64,000 nucleotides of DNA, taken from Phoronis australis. Its lineage: Eukaryota; Animalia; Phoronida. Shown piece by piece: positions 1-12,247 of this stretch. The notes beneath the pieces are model-generated. The model was not told the origin of the DNA, made no database searches, and worked only from the letters and a program-made list of their open reading frames with translations. The translations under genes were made by a program, and so were the position numbers. The stretch covers positions 256,054-320,053 of the forward strand of contig NMRA01000015.1 of NCBI GenBank assembly GCA_002633005.1, read 5' to 3'. Position 1 is the first letter of the stretch. Every line of letters starts with the position of its first letter.

Positions 1-526
1 GCAAATGAAATCTGATGACATGCACGCGCTCGCTCACTCACACAATACCAGATAAAATTCAAAACAAACGTCATGTGACTACAACATTGTGTGTTCGTCC
101 AGAGATTTTTCTGTTGCGAAGTACGTTCCAGCGCGGATTTCGACTTAATGTGCAGTTAATCCAGACTCCAAAGGAACTTAAAAATCTTAGGGACGCTATT
201 TTGAAAACTTAAGGACTTCAGGTAACTTAACGAGTTGAAACTACATTTTTATTCAAGAATTCAAGTTGACCTATCAGTGATTGCGAGACAGCGACACATG
301 AAAAATGCTCGTAATTTAACAACAAAGTTTGATAGCAATGCACTGCAATTTTGTAGAAACTGTCATAGATTACAGATGCGTCACAGAGCGTAAATTTGAT
401 GAATTCTAGCTTACGATTTCATCTGTTTTGGAGACGGGGTTTCAAATACTTTGGGCTATAATAAGCGCTCCCCTTCCTGAAGCGAATTTTTCTAAGCACC
501 CTGGGCGGTTATCAGAGCGAATATGG
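1..526. mobile_element. Right part of a non-autonomous Tc1/mariner/pogo-like DNA transposon (same family as 24928-26363 and 52223-54665)
   Basis: Colinear similarity to ~54130-54665 and, in part, to 25500-26363. It ends in ...GCGAATATGG followed by TA, matching the family end (A)ATAC(G/A)G-TA. Confidence 0.7.
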
Positions 527-1766
527 TACTTCTAAAACTTTGACCTCAGGCCTAAATAAAAATTAAGTTAAGTTTGTTCACCGTGTCTGACTAAAACATT
601 TCGTCAGTAATATGAGAAAAGGTTTATCCTAAAAATGAATATGCTACAGCAAAGAAGCGGATCAAATTATGAAAAGTGGATAGACCAACCATTTCAACAA
701 TCACCACAGACATAATGTTGAATCGCTCATATTACCATATTACTTATGCATTGCCTCAAATTAAACAAAGTATATTTTATTAATTTTATTTGAGCCAAGA
801 CAGTAATCGTACTTTTCTACCATGTGTTCTTTGGTGCCTTCAAAGGAGTTTACCACATGGCTTGACACCTGACTGTGACTTCTTATAAATTTCATTTTAA
901 AGCATCCATACTCGAATTAATGCCCAACTCCTGGTTTTTTAGTTCCCAAGTTTAAGGGCAATACAATATCAATCATCAAATAATTTTTTTCACATGCCAT
1001 AACAAAGTGATATTGACCCTGGCTCTGCCCAATGTCATTACATCATTTTTGATGTCTTAAGGTTACATCGGACCTAATACCAGGTCTGCGTATTTCTAGT
1101 AATCCTGCAATTACTTAGCACACAATATGGCTGACAAGGGAAAGTCTATAGAGTCAAATTTCTCCACAAAAATAAAGATTAAGAAAACTTTGGTCTATTG
1201 CCAGCACGGTTTGTACTATGTAGATGTCATTAACAACTTTTCATAAATTTTCCATTATCTAAAGAAAAGTTATCAGACTTTCAAAATTGGAAAATGACAA
1301 TTTTGACAATTATTTCTGTGCAAAATCTGAGTGTAGAATTGCTGTAGCCACAGTTTTATTTGTGATCTTTTACCAATCTTTAATTATTAATTAGGTAAGA
1401 CTATGCATATTACTTGGTTCTATTTAAGTGATGAAAAATATTGAGTAAAGATGGATGGCGCACCCTGGTGGTGAGGCAAGCCTGTGAGATATGGACTAAG
1501 TGGCTGTTTACTTACCACGTCAAGGCACACAGTTTTTTGGTTCAAAAAGAGATCTTTAATAAATATTTTTCATTAATTAGGTAATGTATAATCATTAATA
1601 AGTTAATCTTACCGTATTTTTCATAAAAACTTAGCAAAAAGGTACATTGGCAGTAAAACATCAATAACTCTTGTACTTGTCAAATGTGTAACTTAAATGA
1701 AACAGAAGGCCTGTACTCTGATTTAAAAATAATGTACCGTCTTTCAGACTGCATTATGTTCATTAT

Positions 1767-2016
1767 GCTTATGACTACAAGAGGTGTGAATAGTCTAGCT
1801 TATGACTACAAGTGATATGAATAGTCTAGCTTATGACTACAAGTGATATGAATAGTCAAGCTTATGACTACAAGTGATATGAATAGTCTAGCTTATGACA
1901 AGTGATGTGAATAGTCAAGCTTATGACTACAAGTGATGAGAATAGTCAAGCTTATGACTACAAGTGATGTGAATAGTCAAGCTTATGACTACAAGTGATG
2001 TGAATAGTCTAGCTTA
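1767..2016. repeat. Minisatellite, 31-bp unit GCTTATGACTACAAGTGATRTGAATAGTCWA, about 8 copies
   Basis: Directly visible tandem array. Confidence 0.95.
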
Positions 2017-3412
2017 TCATCTGAAAGCTTCACATCAACCTGATCTAGGGTGCTACAAACCTTAAAGGCAACATAGAGTCCTTTGAATACAAGGTTTGCA
2101 GCTATTCTTTACAGGTCAACGCCTTGTCATCATACTCGAATACAAAGAATCCAGAAATTATGCTAATAACAAAATAAGAAACAGAAATTCTGCAATGACT
2201 AACCAAGTCAAAAGGAAAATATAAATGATTTAAAAAAGTATCTGATATTTTGCAAAGCACAATGAAAAGGAGAAAGACAATTTATAGATGCATGTATTGT
2301 GGCCAGGAGAGATTATAGTGTTGTTGGACCAAGGGCATTATCATTCATTCAGGTGAAAAACTATGTGCGAAATTATAAATCACAACATGTGGATAGATAT
2401 AATGCCTCTTGACGCTTTCTGGGTTATGTATATCATTGTACATCTGGAAATAGATTTCCCGATGTTGCGAAGAAGCCTGGCTTCTTCTACTGAGGATGGG
2501 TGATTGGTTCCTGTAAAAAATTCCGTTGCTTAACAATTGTCCAATGAACACCGGCAGATGACAAAATTATTACAGGAACCACTCAGTCATCGATCCCCAA
2601 CAGAAGGAGTCATGAAGCTGTGCAATGGTGGGAAAATTATTTTACACTAAATTCCAGAAGTTGTGATTTATAACTTTTTTGCATCTATATTGTTGTGACA
2701 GGTCATTCATAAACAGTGGTAGACATGCTTAAGTAAAAGATTTTATAATCTCAATAGTAAATCACTCCTATACACCCCTGCCAAACCCTACACACCCCTA
2801 TTAATCACTATACAACTTTGTACAACTGTCATAACTGTCCTTTTTGACAAATTGGTGTTTATACAGTATACAGCTATTTTAACATGAGTTTCCAAGTTCA
2901 AGGGCACAGTAAGTGAGAAAGGGAATAATATAAGATGGTTTGCTAATGGGACTAAGCCCCACTTGGCAAGTATTCAAGTAATGTAAGCATATTTAACCGA
3001 CCAAGTCACTGGCTTAAATTTCATCAAGTGATTGGCGGTAATGGTAATTTCTAATTAACGTATTTTGGCCCTACAACCAATTGCAACCCTTTGAAAAGTC
3101 GAGTACCATTCATAATTTGAGTTAGAGCAATTTTGGTTTGTTTTTCTTTGCTTGAAGAGATCCTTTACCAATGTTTCTTTTGACCAAAGACCTAGTGAAA
3201 TGTGTGAAGGGACCCCACAACATACAATTCACACTAAAAGTAACTGGAAAAAAATACCGTCTCCCAGTGATGATCTGCCATTCCCACTACTCTGATTGTG
3301 AGTTCTGATTACACTTTGCACTGGTTTCTTTGTAAATACTCTGAATATACATTTGAATTGATGAATTTGCATATGTGTAGGCAATGCCTAGGTTGTACAA
3401 TAAATGATATTG

Positions 3413-3734
3413 CAGTGGCGGATCTACGGGGGGGGGTTCAGGGGGTTTAAAGCCCCCCCTCGGGCGAGGACCCAAAAATAAAAACAAAAAAAAAAAAACG
3501 TCTCCAGCAAAACAAAAACGACACCGCCAACGTGTGTAAACCCCAAGTAAACAAACTTGGAAAAATGGGGGGGTTCAATCTGAAAATATATTTTTTGCAT
3601 TGTGAATTGCTGTTATGAAAATCAACGCGTTTCGAGTCTTTGTGGCTCATCGGCAAAAGCCCGGAGATCAATTGTGCGCGCGCTTCCGTCGACACTTCTG
3701 AAGTAGCCAAGCCTTTTAGATAGATCCAGCGCTG
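3413..3734. mobile_element. MITE-like element with CAGTGGCGGATCTA...TAGATCCAGCGCTG imperfect termini (related copy at ~15113-15335)
   Basis: Imperfect terminal inverted repeat with G/C-run subterminal motifs. A second copy starts CAGTGGCGGATCTAC at 15113. No clear TSD. Confidence 0.5.
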
Positions 3735-4375
3735 AAAGAGCAGCTCTATAGTTCATTTCTTTAGGTAACTAGCTTCTTTAGTCTTAGGTATGTTTTGGTT
3801 TGATTAGGGGAAATACTGTGGTGCCGCAACTCTGATGTTCAGGCGAATTGACGTGCAACGTTTTTACCTCATCTGTCATGCCGTGTCATCCTATTACATC
3901 CTATACACGTTCGTAACTCGAATTTGACTGGTGTATAGTAAAGTTGTTTTGCGCAATATCATACAGTGTACTTGTAGTACATGTAATACTTTTGAAAAAA
4001 CTTGTTTTCCGAAGAATTGTTTGTGGCGGGCACCGTGGTCTGGTCGCGAGTCGATCTGTTTGAAGATGCACTCTAACAAGTTATGTCTATACAAGGAATG
4101 ACCAAGGGAGCACTTACATTGACGAAATGACCGCATTCGCGAACAGTGTACAGTACCAGAAATTGCGGGGAGGCTGCGTTTTCACAACAAAGTCTTGCGA
4201 GACTCGTGCGATGTTCAATGGGCCCCCTAAGGAGCCCTAGTGCCGACCTCAACACCTACCGTCTTTCTACCTGCAATAAGCACCACTGCCGTTTTCTATA
4301 CTGGGAATTTCCGCAGAAAGGCCCACCCGACGAAACGCCCATGCCCATGGGCATTATTTGATGTTAGTACTTCGG

Positions 4376-5759
4376 GGCCCGGTCTCCAATCTCCGTACTC
4401 AGACTCGAATCATGCTCAAACTCGCACTTCATACTCAACTCGAGAACAGACTCAGCTTTGGTGTATTCAATGTCATACTCGAAAAATCTGTACTCGAAAT
4501 TTCGAGCACGTACTGAGTTTTCGAGTGTACTCGAACTGAAGTGTATCTCACCTATATTTCGAGTACGATTTTGAGTAAAAATTCCGAGTCTATGCTCAAA
4601 TTTCAAGTTTGGTATGGCAGTGTGCTTGAAATCGTACTCGAAAATAAATACGAGCCAGAGAACAAAATATCGAAAGGGAACCAAGAAACACAGCAAATCT
4701 AAAAAAATAAGTCCTCTTACCGTATCTCAGCACTTCAATTTCAGTTCAGAGATAATAGTTTTCATCTTAAATCTTCTTATTCTTCACCTTATTAACCCGC
4801 CGTATCACTGTATGTTATGGCCGCCATTCTACCTCTACAATTCCTGGCAACAGGCGCATTGTAATCCCTTGTCGGCGAGTCATAACAAGCGTCGAAAGCA
4901 GTTGTGGGAAAAGTCGTGTGAGAAGTTTGTGCTGCCCTTATTTCGGTATGTGTGCCTACGTTTTGTAGGGTTTCCAAAAGACGAGGAGGGGAGGGAAGTT
5001 AAAAAAGTTCGCTTCCCTGTCAGGTACATTTCTCATCATAACTTAGTCGTCTATAATTCCTCAATCCCCAAATGGAATTCCAGATTTTGTTTGCCGATTT
5101 CTAAGTAGACGTCTCGTCCCGTTCACTGCCACTGGTGAACTGTGAATGCCTGCACAAGTATTGTTTTTTAACTCACGTGCCAAATGTCAACTCACTTGAT
5201 ACATCCCGGTAAAATACAAGATACAGTATCAAAGTTTGACATCAGCGTACGCCTACACAGCAATGGGTTTATGTCAAGACTAAATTAGCAACAAAGATGT
5301 GATGTGATAAGCTGTTACAAATTTCTTAAGACATTTTCGGGACTGGGTGAGGAACTCAAGAAGCAAAGCTTAATAATTGCCAAATGTATCAAAGAAATGA
5401 CATAAGAATATTTATTGAAACTAAAAAATGAATAACAGTTACAGAAAACTCAGAATTCCACGTTATAGACATAATCTTGTAGTTGTAGCGACAGCAGACG
5501 ATAATGTAGGCCTAGTTCCTGGGGTGGTCTATTCCAATAGGGAGCGATGAATCAGCGCGTCTTTGCGTGATTTAGCATTTCACATCATAAAGAGTTCCAT
5601 AGCAACTCGAGTATGAGTGTCAGATTTGAGTACGTTTGGAGTCTACTCGAAATACGACATTAGATACCCTTTTTTGAGTACGACTCCAGTGAGCACGATT
5701 TTGAGTATGAAATCTCGAGTATGAGTATGAGTCTGAGTACGGAGATTGGAGACCTGGCC
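4376..5759. mobile_element. Non-autonomous PIF/Harbinger-like DNA transposon
   Basis: 31-bp TIR GGCC(C/A)GGTCTCCAATCTCCGTACTCAGACTC with 1 mismatch. 3-bp TSD CGG (4373-4375 and 5760-5762). Dense subterminal ACTC/GAGT repeats at both ends. No transposase recognised. Confidence 0.75.
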
Positions 5760-5836
5760 CGGGTTTCAAGCGTTCAGACATTGGGACGTTTATTTCGAAA
5801 ATTGCAAGAGATGTAAATGGGTCCTGGGATACATCN

Positions 5837-7381
5837 GCTGCATCAATCCAATAATCTATAACATGTTCAACCCGACCTTTCGCAAGTGTTCTAGGCAACT
5901 CTTGTGTTGTTGGCGGAACCAGCCGAGCAAGAACTGGGTACAACACACAGAGATGGTCGACGACAATAAACTATGAGGGGATACACCACGAGATGGTTGA
6001 TGACAATAAAATATGAAGTAATACACCAAGAGATGGCGCAACATACAAGAACAAGAAGAAACCCATCAAAAATATTCTGAAGGAGATTATGATTATTTCA
6101 AGAGAGAAGAACATGCTTTTTGTGTACAAGCATTTCCATTATTTTAGACATGATTAATATATTAATATGTTAATGAACAAACGTTAGTTTCAAAATTGTG
6201 GAAACAACTTGATTGTTTAGACAAGTGATTTATTTTTTCAGTACCAGAAAACATTATGAGTGAAGTTTTCCTTGGTATAAAATCCTGCGCTATCATTTCC
6301 CTTTCTACTTAACCACAAAACTGGAGGCATGCTTCTAAACCCATCAAAATGGACTTGCAATTTCCTTGCCACAGTATCAATGAATTCAACATTCACTTGG
6401 AACAGAAACATTTCAGGTTTGGAGGGGATGACTAGTCCTCACAATGACTTAGAGTTGTGGTGATGCCTGTAAATCATGGTTGTCATTCACACAATAAGCC
6501 TTCTGAAATTGATATGCAAGGCCACTGAAAGTAGTTCTTTGTGAACCCTGCTCTATGTAATAAAACTGTCCCAGTTGGACTGTGCAACTAAACACAGCTT
6601 AACACTTATGAGCAAGTGAATGCTACATGTCTGTGACTGCCATTTTCATGTCAGTATTTTATTCATTTATACACTGATGTATTCGCCTGCTGGCTTGTAG
6701 AGTTGTATTCACTTGTTGCATAAGATGTGAGCAAAGTATTTGTCATTTGCTCAACGCCTTTATAACCTGGTGTTTAGTTTACATTTTCAGCTTCATTTTT
6801 ATTTCAGTTTTACAGTGAAAGTATAGGGATGTAGCCCACTTGCTCACTTGGTAGCTGGCAGACTGAGATCAATACTTAATGATTAGCATGTCAACTCACC
6901 AACCTGTTAACATTTACAGGGTGAGATACTTTAAGGAAATTGCAGAACCTAGCAATTGTGCACTGTCCTAAATACTAAAACCTTTCAAGGTCTCTCAGGC
7001 AGAGGGCAGACACTGTATCTAAGTGGACACTCTTTGAACTAATTTGCGTGACACGGTTGGGAGATATCATGCGTGCTCTTCACTCAAGCTGTAATGCTGT
7101 GGCGAGGAACGTTACAAACTCCATAGGAGCAGATTTGCCAAATTTCACAAAGATCCTCCAAAGAGTTAATGAGACATAGCAGTGGACGCAAAAAACACAA
7201 AAATTGCCACAAGGGGTTGCCACAATAGTTGAACCTGTCCGAAAATCAGAGTCAACCAAAGTCTTCTCATCAGGAACACATGTGCAAAATTTTCCTTACC
7301 ACCTCTAGAGCAGTTTGGTGGACAAGACATCAAAAACATACAAATTTTTTAAATTGCCACCAGGTGGCACAGAATACAATT
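5837..7381 (+). repeat. Near-identical duplicate of 11966-13586 (GPCR TM7/C-terminus plus 3' flank), starting right after an N
   Basis: Colinear with 11966-13586 apart from scattered substitutions and indels. Encodes CINPIIYNMFNPTFRKCSRQLLCCW...VDDNKL*. N at 5836. Confidence 0.9.
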
Positions 7382-9451
7382 GTAGTATTTTTGAAATATA
7401 TTTTATTTTTATTTCTTATACAATAATCATGCTCATTTTCACATGAAGTGTTAGATAAGCTTCCTCCTGTAGTACATTGTGTGCAACACACAAGTAAATG
7501 CATAGTAGCCCTAGTAGGAATCTTATACCGTGTGACGCTGTGCATTTATCACAATAGTTCCTGGTAATGTTAGGCAGGTTTGACAGCTTATACAGCTTGC
7601 GAATATTTACATTTCTGTTTTTGCATATGTTGGTATTACGGAATTTTAATCAGTATTACATTTTTCATTACATACAGTCTTCACGGTGATTTTTAATATG
7701 ATGCTCTGACTCTATTTTCACTTATAAACCTAATATGCTATCCTCATTTTTACTCGTGTGGTGTGTTCTTCATAAAAACGTATTTAAATAGAATATCTTA
7801 AAATATCTTTTGTGATTGGCACATCACTGCAAGGCGATAAAATTTAAAATCCAAATTTGCATGCTCATTAACGGTTTAGCTGTTCATGCCGTACTTAATT
7901 TCAATATTAACCTTTACCTTCAAGTTAAAAGTTGATGTCTAGTGAGTGGTGAAATTTCTGAAATTTTGCCAACATCCTATCTCCAAAACAGCTAATCCAA
8001 CTCAAATGAAATAAACACTATGCTATCGATGTTTTTCTCAAGACTGATTTTTTAAACGGCATTGTTTTTGAATAAGACATTGTCATAAATGGAGACTTCA
8101 AGGAAAATATTGATTTTCATATTAAAAACTACATAACATAACAAAGGCCATTTTGTATAACAGATTTCGAAATCTGTGAAATGAAATTTGGCTATGCTGA
8201 TAATGCTTTATCTTTCCTGAAACAATGTTTCTTTGCTAAATTTTAGTAAAAGAAAACAGTCATGTGAACATAGATTTGTGTAAGAACGAAAACTAACTTC
8301 TTTAATCTTTCTTCTTTCAGAAAATATGTTCATTCTCTAAGTACAATTCTGAAATTTTGCAGAAAATTTGACTATTTAATGCACATGCTTCTTGGTGAAG
8401 TTTTTTACCAGAAATGTTTACAATTTTCTACCCCTTATAGAATGCAAGATAACTATTCCACCATAGTAACAACAATTGTGAATGACCTCTTGACCTGAGA
8501 AAGTAGTAACCTGAAAGTCAGATATCCTCTGCTGTGCTGGACAATAGGTCATACATAGAGCATTACATTTCCAATAACAGAGGGGAAATAAACTTGGGGC
8601 AATAAAGTGTGCCCTAAACTGGCTGAATTTCACCAAGGTTTGCTGTGATATGCACAGCTGAAGTGGTAGCGACTTTCTTGCACAGCAAAATTCTTATCTG
8701 TTGCATTATTGAGAAAAGCCTTCACCCAGAAAAGAAAAAAGTTAGTTATACTCACAAATTACACCACTACGGGCCTTAGTCAACCCAAATTCCAGAAGAC
8801 CCCTCCCCCGTCATCACACACATTGATTAAACCCTCCCGTGATTGCAGTTTGGTCACCAGCTGTACACATTAATTCATAATATTTAATAAATTTAGCACT
8901 TGAGTTGGATTTGTGGACGAGCAACTAAACATAGATGCTGGTTTTTCATCTTAAAAAATGAACAAATACGTTTTAGCAGTTAAAAATCTGTTAGATAAGT
9001 TTTCTAAACTATGAAATCACATTTTAATACATGAAAGTGATAACACAAAACTGATTTGTGAAATGCCTTTAGTTCGTCTACTGATAAGCTGAAACACTGT
9101 TTTACCAATAAGGTGCTAACAGTCATTTCTATTGTTTCTCAAAAACTTCAAAATGAACAGTGCCACATTCAGAAAGAATGGATGAATACTTGAACATGTC
9201 TGCTGCAAACTGAACATCATTTGACTATATTCTTAAGTTTTGGCAATAGAAAAGTAAAAAATATCAGAATAATAGTATCTCATACATATACATGGAAATT
9301 CTGTTGAAAGTCTTTAATTCCATTCAACGTTTTCCATCCTCTTGATTACTACAACTACAATTACATGTACACATCAACATGTTTCTAAAGCCTCCCTACT
9401 ATTTATTCATAGTAACTTATTGACTCATGCGCCATCTATTGTTCAACTTGG

Positions 9452-9912
9452 TTGAATTATAATAGCTTCAGCTTAATGTAAAGGAATTCAATCATAACAG
9501 ACTATTTTATTATGCCACCATTATCGATAGAACACCGGTCAATAAAATATCAATAAATCTTTAAAATGCCAACTTTACTCTGAATTTTAAGACACTCATT
9601 TCATGTCGTCCATAACCATGGGGAATCAACAATTGGTCGGACTTCAAAACCACGTGTCCAGGCTTCAAAACCAGTCCACTTNTTGAATTATAATAGCTTC
9701 AGCTTAATGTAAAGGAATTCAATCATAACAGACTATTTTATTATGCCACCATTATCGATCGAACACCGGTCAATAAAATATCAATAAATCTTTAAAATGC
9801 CAACTTTACTCTGAATTTTAAGTCACTCATTTCATGTCGACCATAACCATGGGGAATCAACAATTGGTCGGACTTCAAAACCACGTGTCCAGGCTTCAAA
9901 ACCAGTCCACTT
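9452..9912. other. 230-bp direct duplication around an N (probable uncollapsed contig/haplotype overlap)
   Basis: 9452-9681 and 9683-9912 differ at about 3 positions and are separated by a single N at 9682. Confidence 0.85.
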
Positions 9913-11088
9913 GATGTAAAACCAAATGGCCAGTGATCAAACATGTTGTTTGTACATCAAAACGTGATGGTCTTACTCAAAAAACTAGCTGGATGGAACC
10001 AAAACCCTTGTAGGAGACGCTATAACCACTTGGACGGTGAACAAGCACAACCACCTGACTTCCTCAGAGACTCACTTTGAATGTCTCGAAGGATTCAAAT
10101 GACATCTGGAGTATATTTTTCGTATCCATTTGTTTGTTTTGTTCAAAATAGGGGATTTGTTCGACCATTGTGTTTGAGCACTGGCCAACCCGTTTTAGGT
10201 CCAGCCAACCAGTTTTTTGGGTGCGGTTATCTGGTTTTGAGGTTACAAGCCAATGGCATTGGTGACACCCATTGCTAGCTGTTAAATGTTAGGTCACCAA
10301 AAAATCTCTCTGTGAGAAGCAATGCAAGAATGCTTGACAAAGTTTAAATTTGAACGGTTAGTCTACGATAAGCATTCTCTAGTTTTCACTGAAAATGCAC
10401 AAAATTCAGATTTTAAAGAACAAAATGAGGTGAAAAGATATCAAAATAGAGCACACACAGTACGGTAAAATCTCACCAATTTCAAACAACAATATTTGTC
10501 AAAATTTCTTTTTTTCTGTTTTTTAATGTCTCCAAACATTGTTGATAATGCCCATATATTTCCAAAGTATTTTGTGATCATTGCTATGGCCTAGAACTTG
10601 GACATGCTACAGCTAAATATCTTTTTAGGAAAAAATGAGAATACAAAAATTTCACATGCCCACCATATTGCGTCCTGAATAGTTGAGACTTTACCAGACA
10701 GGTTTTGTTCGTCTCTCAAAAGAATAAAACCCAGCAAACAAACTAAGTTGAATCACCTAAAAAAGCACATCAACTATTTCCCAGGCAAGTCGGTATCAAC
10801 TACCACTGTAGACAATAATAAAATCATTCTAACCCAAATGTGACAAGAATGATACATTAAGAAATGATATACAGCATTTTGATTACATTGATCTTGCTGG
10901 TAAAAAAGTATTTTAAATATTTTATGAGCTGACTGGTAACAAAGGTAAAAGGCCAATATGAAGCTGGCCTGCTTCAGACACAGAGCTGTAAAGGACACGG
11001 TGTAAACGTGTTAGCTTGATTTGAAGGTGGCTAAACAACGCAGTCGCGCAACATACCATACAAGTACTAATACCGTGTGCAAACTTGG

Positions 11089-12105
11089 ATGATGCAGAAT
11101 GCAACACCGTTGGACGGAATATCATACGAAACAACACCTCAAGATATACCACTGATGAAATCGCTTCAAGAAATGAGCCTTCATGATGCAGCACTGTGGA
11201 CCGGATTAAAACTGATTTTTGTGCCTTGCATATTGATCCTAAATGCATTTGTGCTTGTTGTCTACTGCAAATTTCCAAAAATTCGTGCTCAACCGCATAA
11301 TGTATTCATAATAGCGTTGGCCATAACAGATTTTGCTACGGGTCTACTGACCATTCCAATGGATATTTTTAACCATATCTCACCCAACTTCTACGACCCC
11401 AACACACCAATGCCTTGGTACTTCAGGAACAAAGCTCTCTGCCTAATCAGCTACTTCTCCCTCATGCAACCCTCACAGTGGTCTTCGACAACTCTCGTCA
11501 TGATTGCCATGGATCGTTTCGTAGCGACATTTTTCCCTCTTAAATACTACGTGGTAATGACACGAGCACGCAGTGCATATGCCGTTGTGATTGGGTGGAT
11601 TGTATCATCCATTCCTTTATATACCACCTTGGCTGTAGTTGACCAGGAAACCTACAAGCCACGCAAGTTGTGCAAGGCTATAGATCACATTCCTCCAGCT
11701 CTTGAGAAGGCCATGTTCTACATGTGGAGTGCCATCCCTGTAGCCATCAGCATCGCCATCTATGTTGCTATTGGGGTAAAATTACACCGCCAAACAAACC
11801 AAGTAGAAAATCAGAGACAGCAGACATTGACGATGGCAGTGGTCATTGCAGCATTCATTGTCTGCCTCCTTCCTGTATCTGTGATATTACAGCGCCCCAC
11901 CACTCTGTCTAGAGCAGAGTTCCTAATTGCCGTCAATGTTGCCATCTGCCTGGCATACCTCAACAGCTGCATCAATCCAATAATCTATAACATGTTCAAC
12001 CCGACCTTTCGCAAGTGTTCTAGGCAACTCTTATGTTGTTGGGGGAACCAGCCGAGCAACAACTCGGTACAACACACAGAGATGGTTGACGACAATAAAC
12101 TATGA
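11089..12105 (+). CDS. Intronless rhodopsin-like (class A) G protein-coupled receptor, ~338 aa, orphan
   Basis: Seven hydrophobic segments. TM1 N (LNAFV), TM2 LAxxD (LAITD), TM3 Cys and DRF, TM4 W, ECL2 Cys, TM6 CLLP, TM7 NSCINPIIY, helix 8 FRK, CC palmitoylation site, N-terminal NAT sequon. The first ATG is at 11089; the ORF track starts at a GTG. Confidence 0.93.
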   Translation: MMQNATPLDGISYETTPQDIPLMKSLQEMSLHDAALWTGLKLIFVPCILILNAFVLVVYCKFPKIRAQPHNVFIIALAITDFATGLLTIPMDIFNHISPNFYDPNTPMPWYFRNKALCLISYFSLMQPSQWSSTTLVMIAMDRFVATFFPLKYYVVMTRARSAYAVVIGWIVSSIPLYTTLAVVDQETYKPRKLCKAIDHIPPALEKAMFYMWSAIPVAISIAIYVAIGVKLHRQTNQVENQRQQTLTMAVVIAAFIVCLLPVSVILQRPTTLSRAEFLIAVNVAICLAYLNSCINPIIYNMFNPTFRKCSRQLLCCWGNQPSNNSVQHTEMVDDNKL

Positions 12106-12247
12106 AGTGATACACCAAGAGATGGTCGATGACAATAAACTATGAAGTGATACACCAAGAGATGGTTGATGACAATAAACTATGAAGTGATACACCAAGA
12201 GATGGTTGATGACAATAAACTATGAAGTAATACACCAAGAGATGGCG
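12075..12247. repeat. 40-bp tandem repeat spanning the GPCR stop codon (about 4 copies)
   Basis: Unit CACCAAGAGATGGTTGATGACAATAAACTATGAAGTGATA. The first unit encodes EMVDDNKL*. Confidence 0.9.

Noticed and set aside
4614-5108. 164-aa ORF inside the Harbinger-like element as transposase or Myb-like protein
   Set aside because: No DDE or Myb/SANT motifs recognised; the composition looks non-coding.
5746-5835. KWVLGYI just before the N as TM7 of a diverged GPCR paralog
   Set aside because: Removing the Harbinger-like insertion gives stop codons and no TM6-like sequence upstream, so this is probably a chance resemblance.
9452-9912. 230-bp tandem duplication as a biological repeat
   Set aside because: The two copies abut a single N and differ at about 3 sites, which is typical of an unmerged contig overlap.
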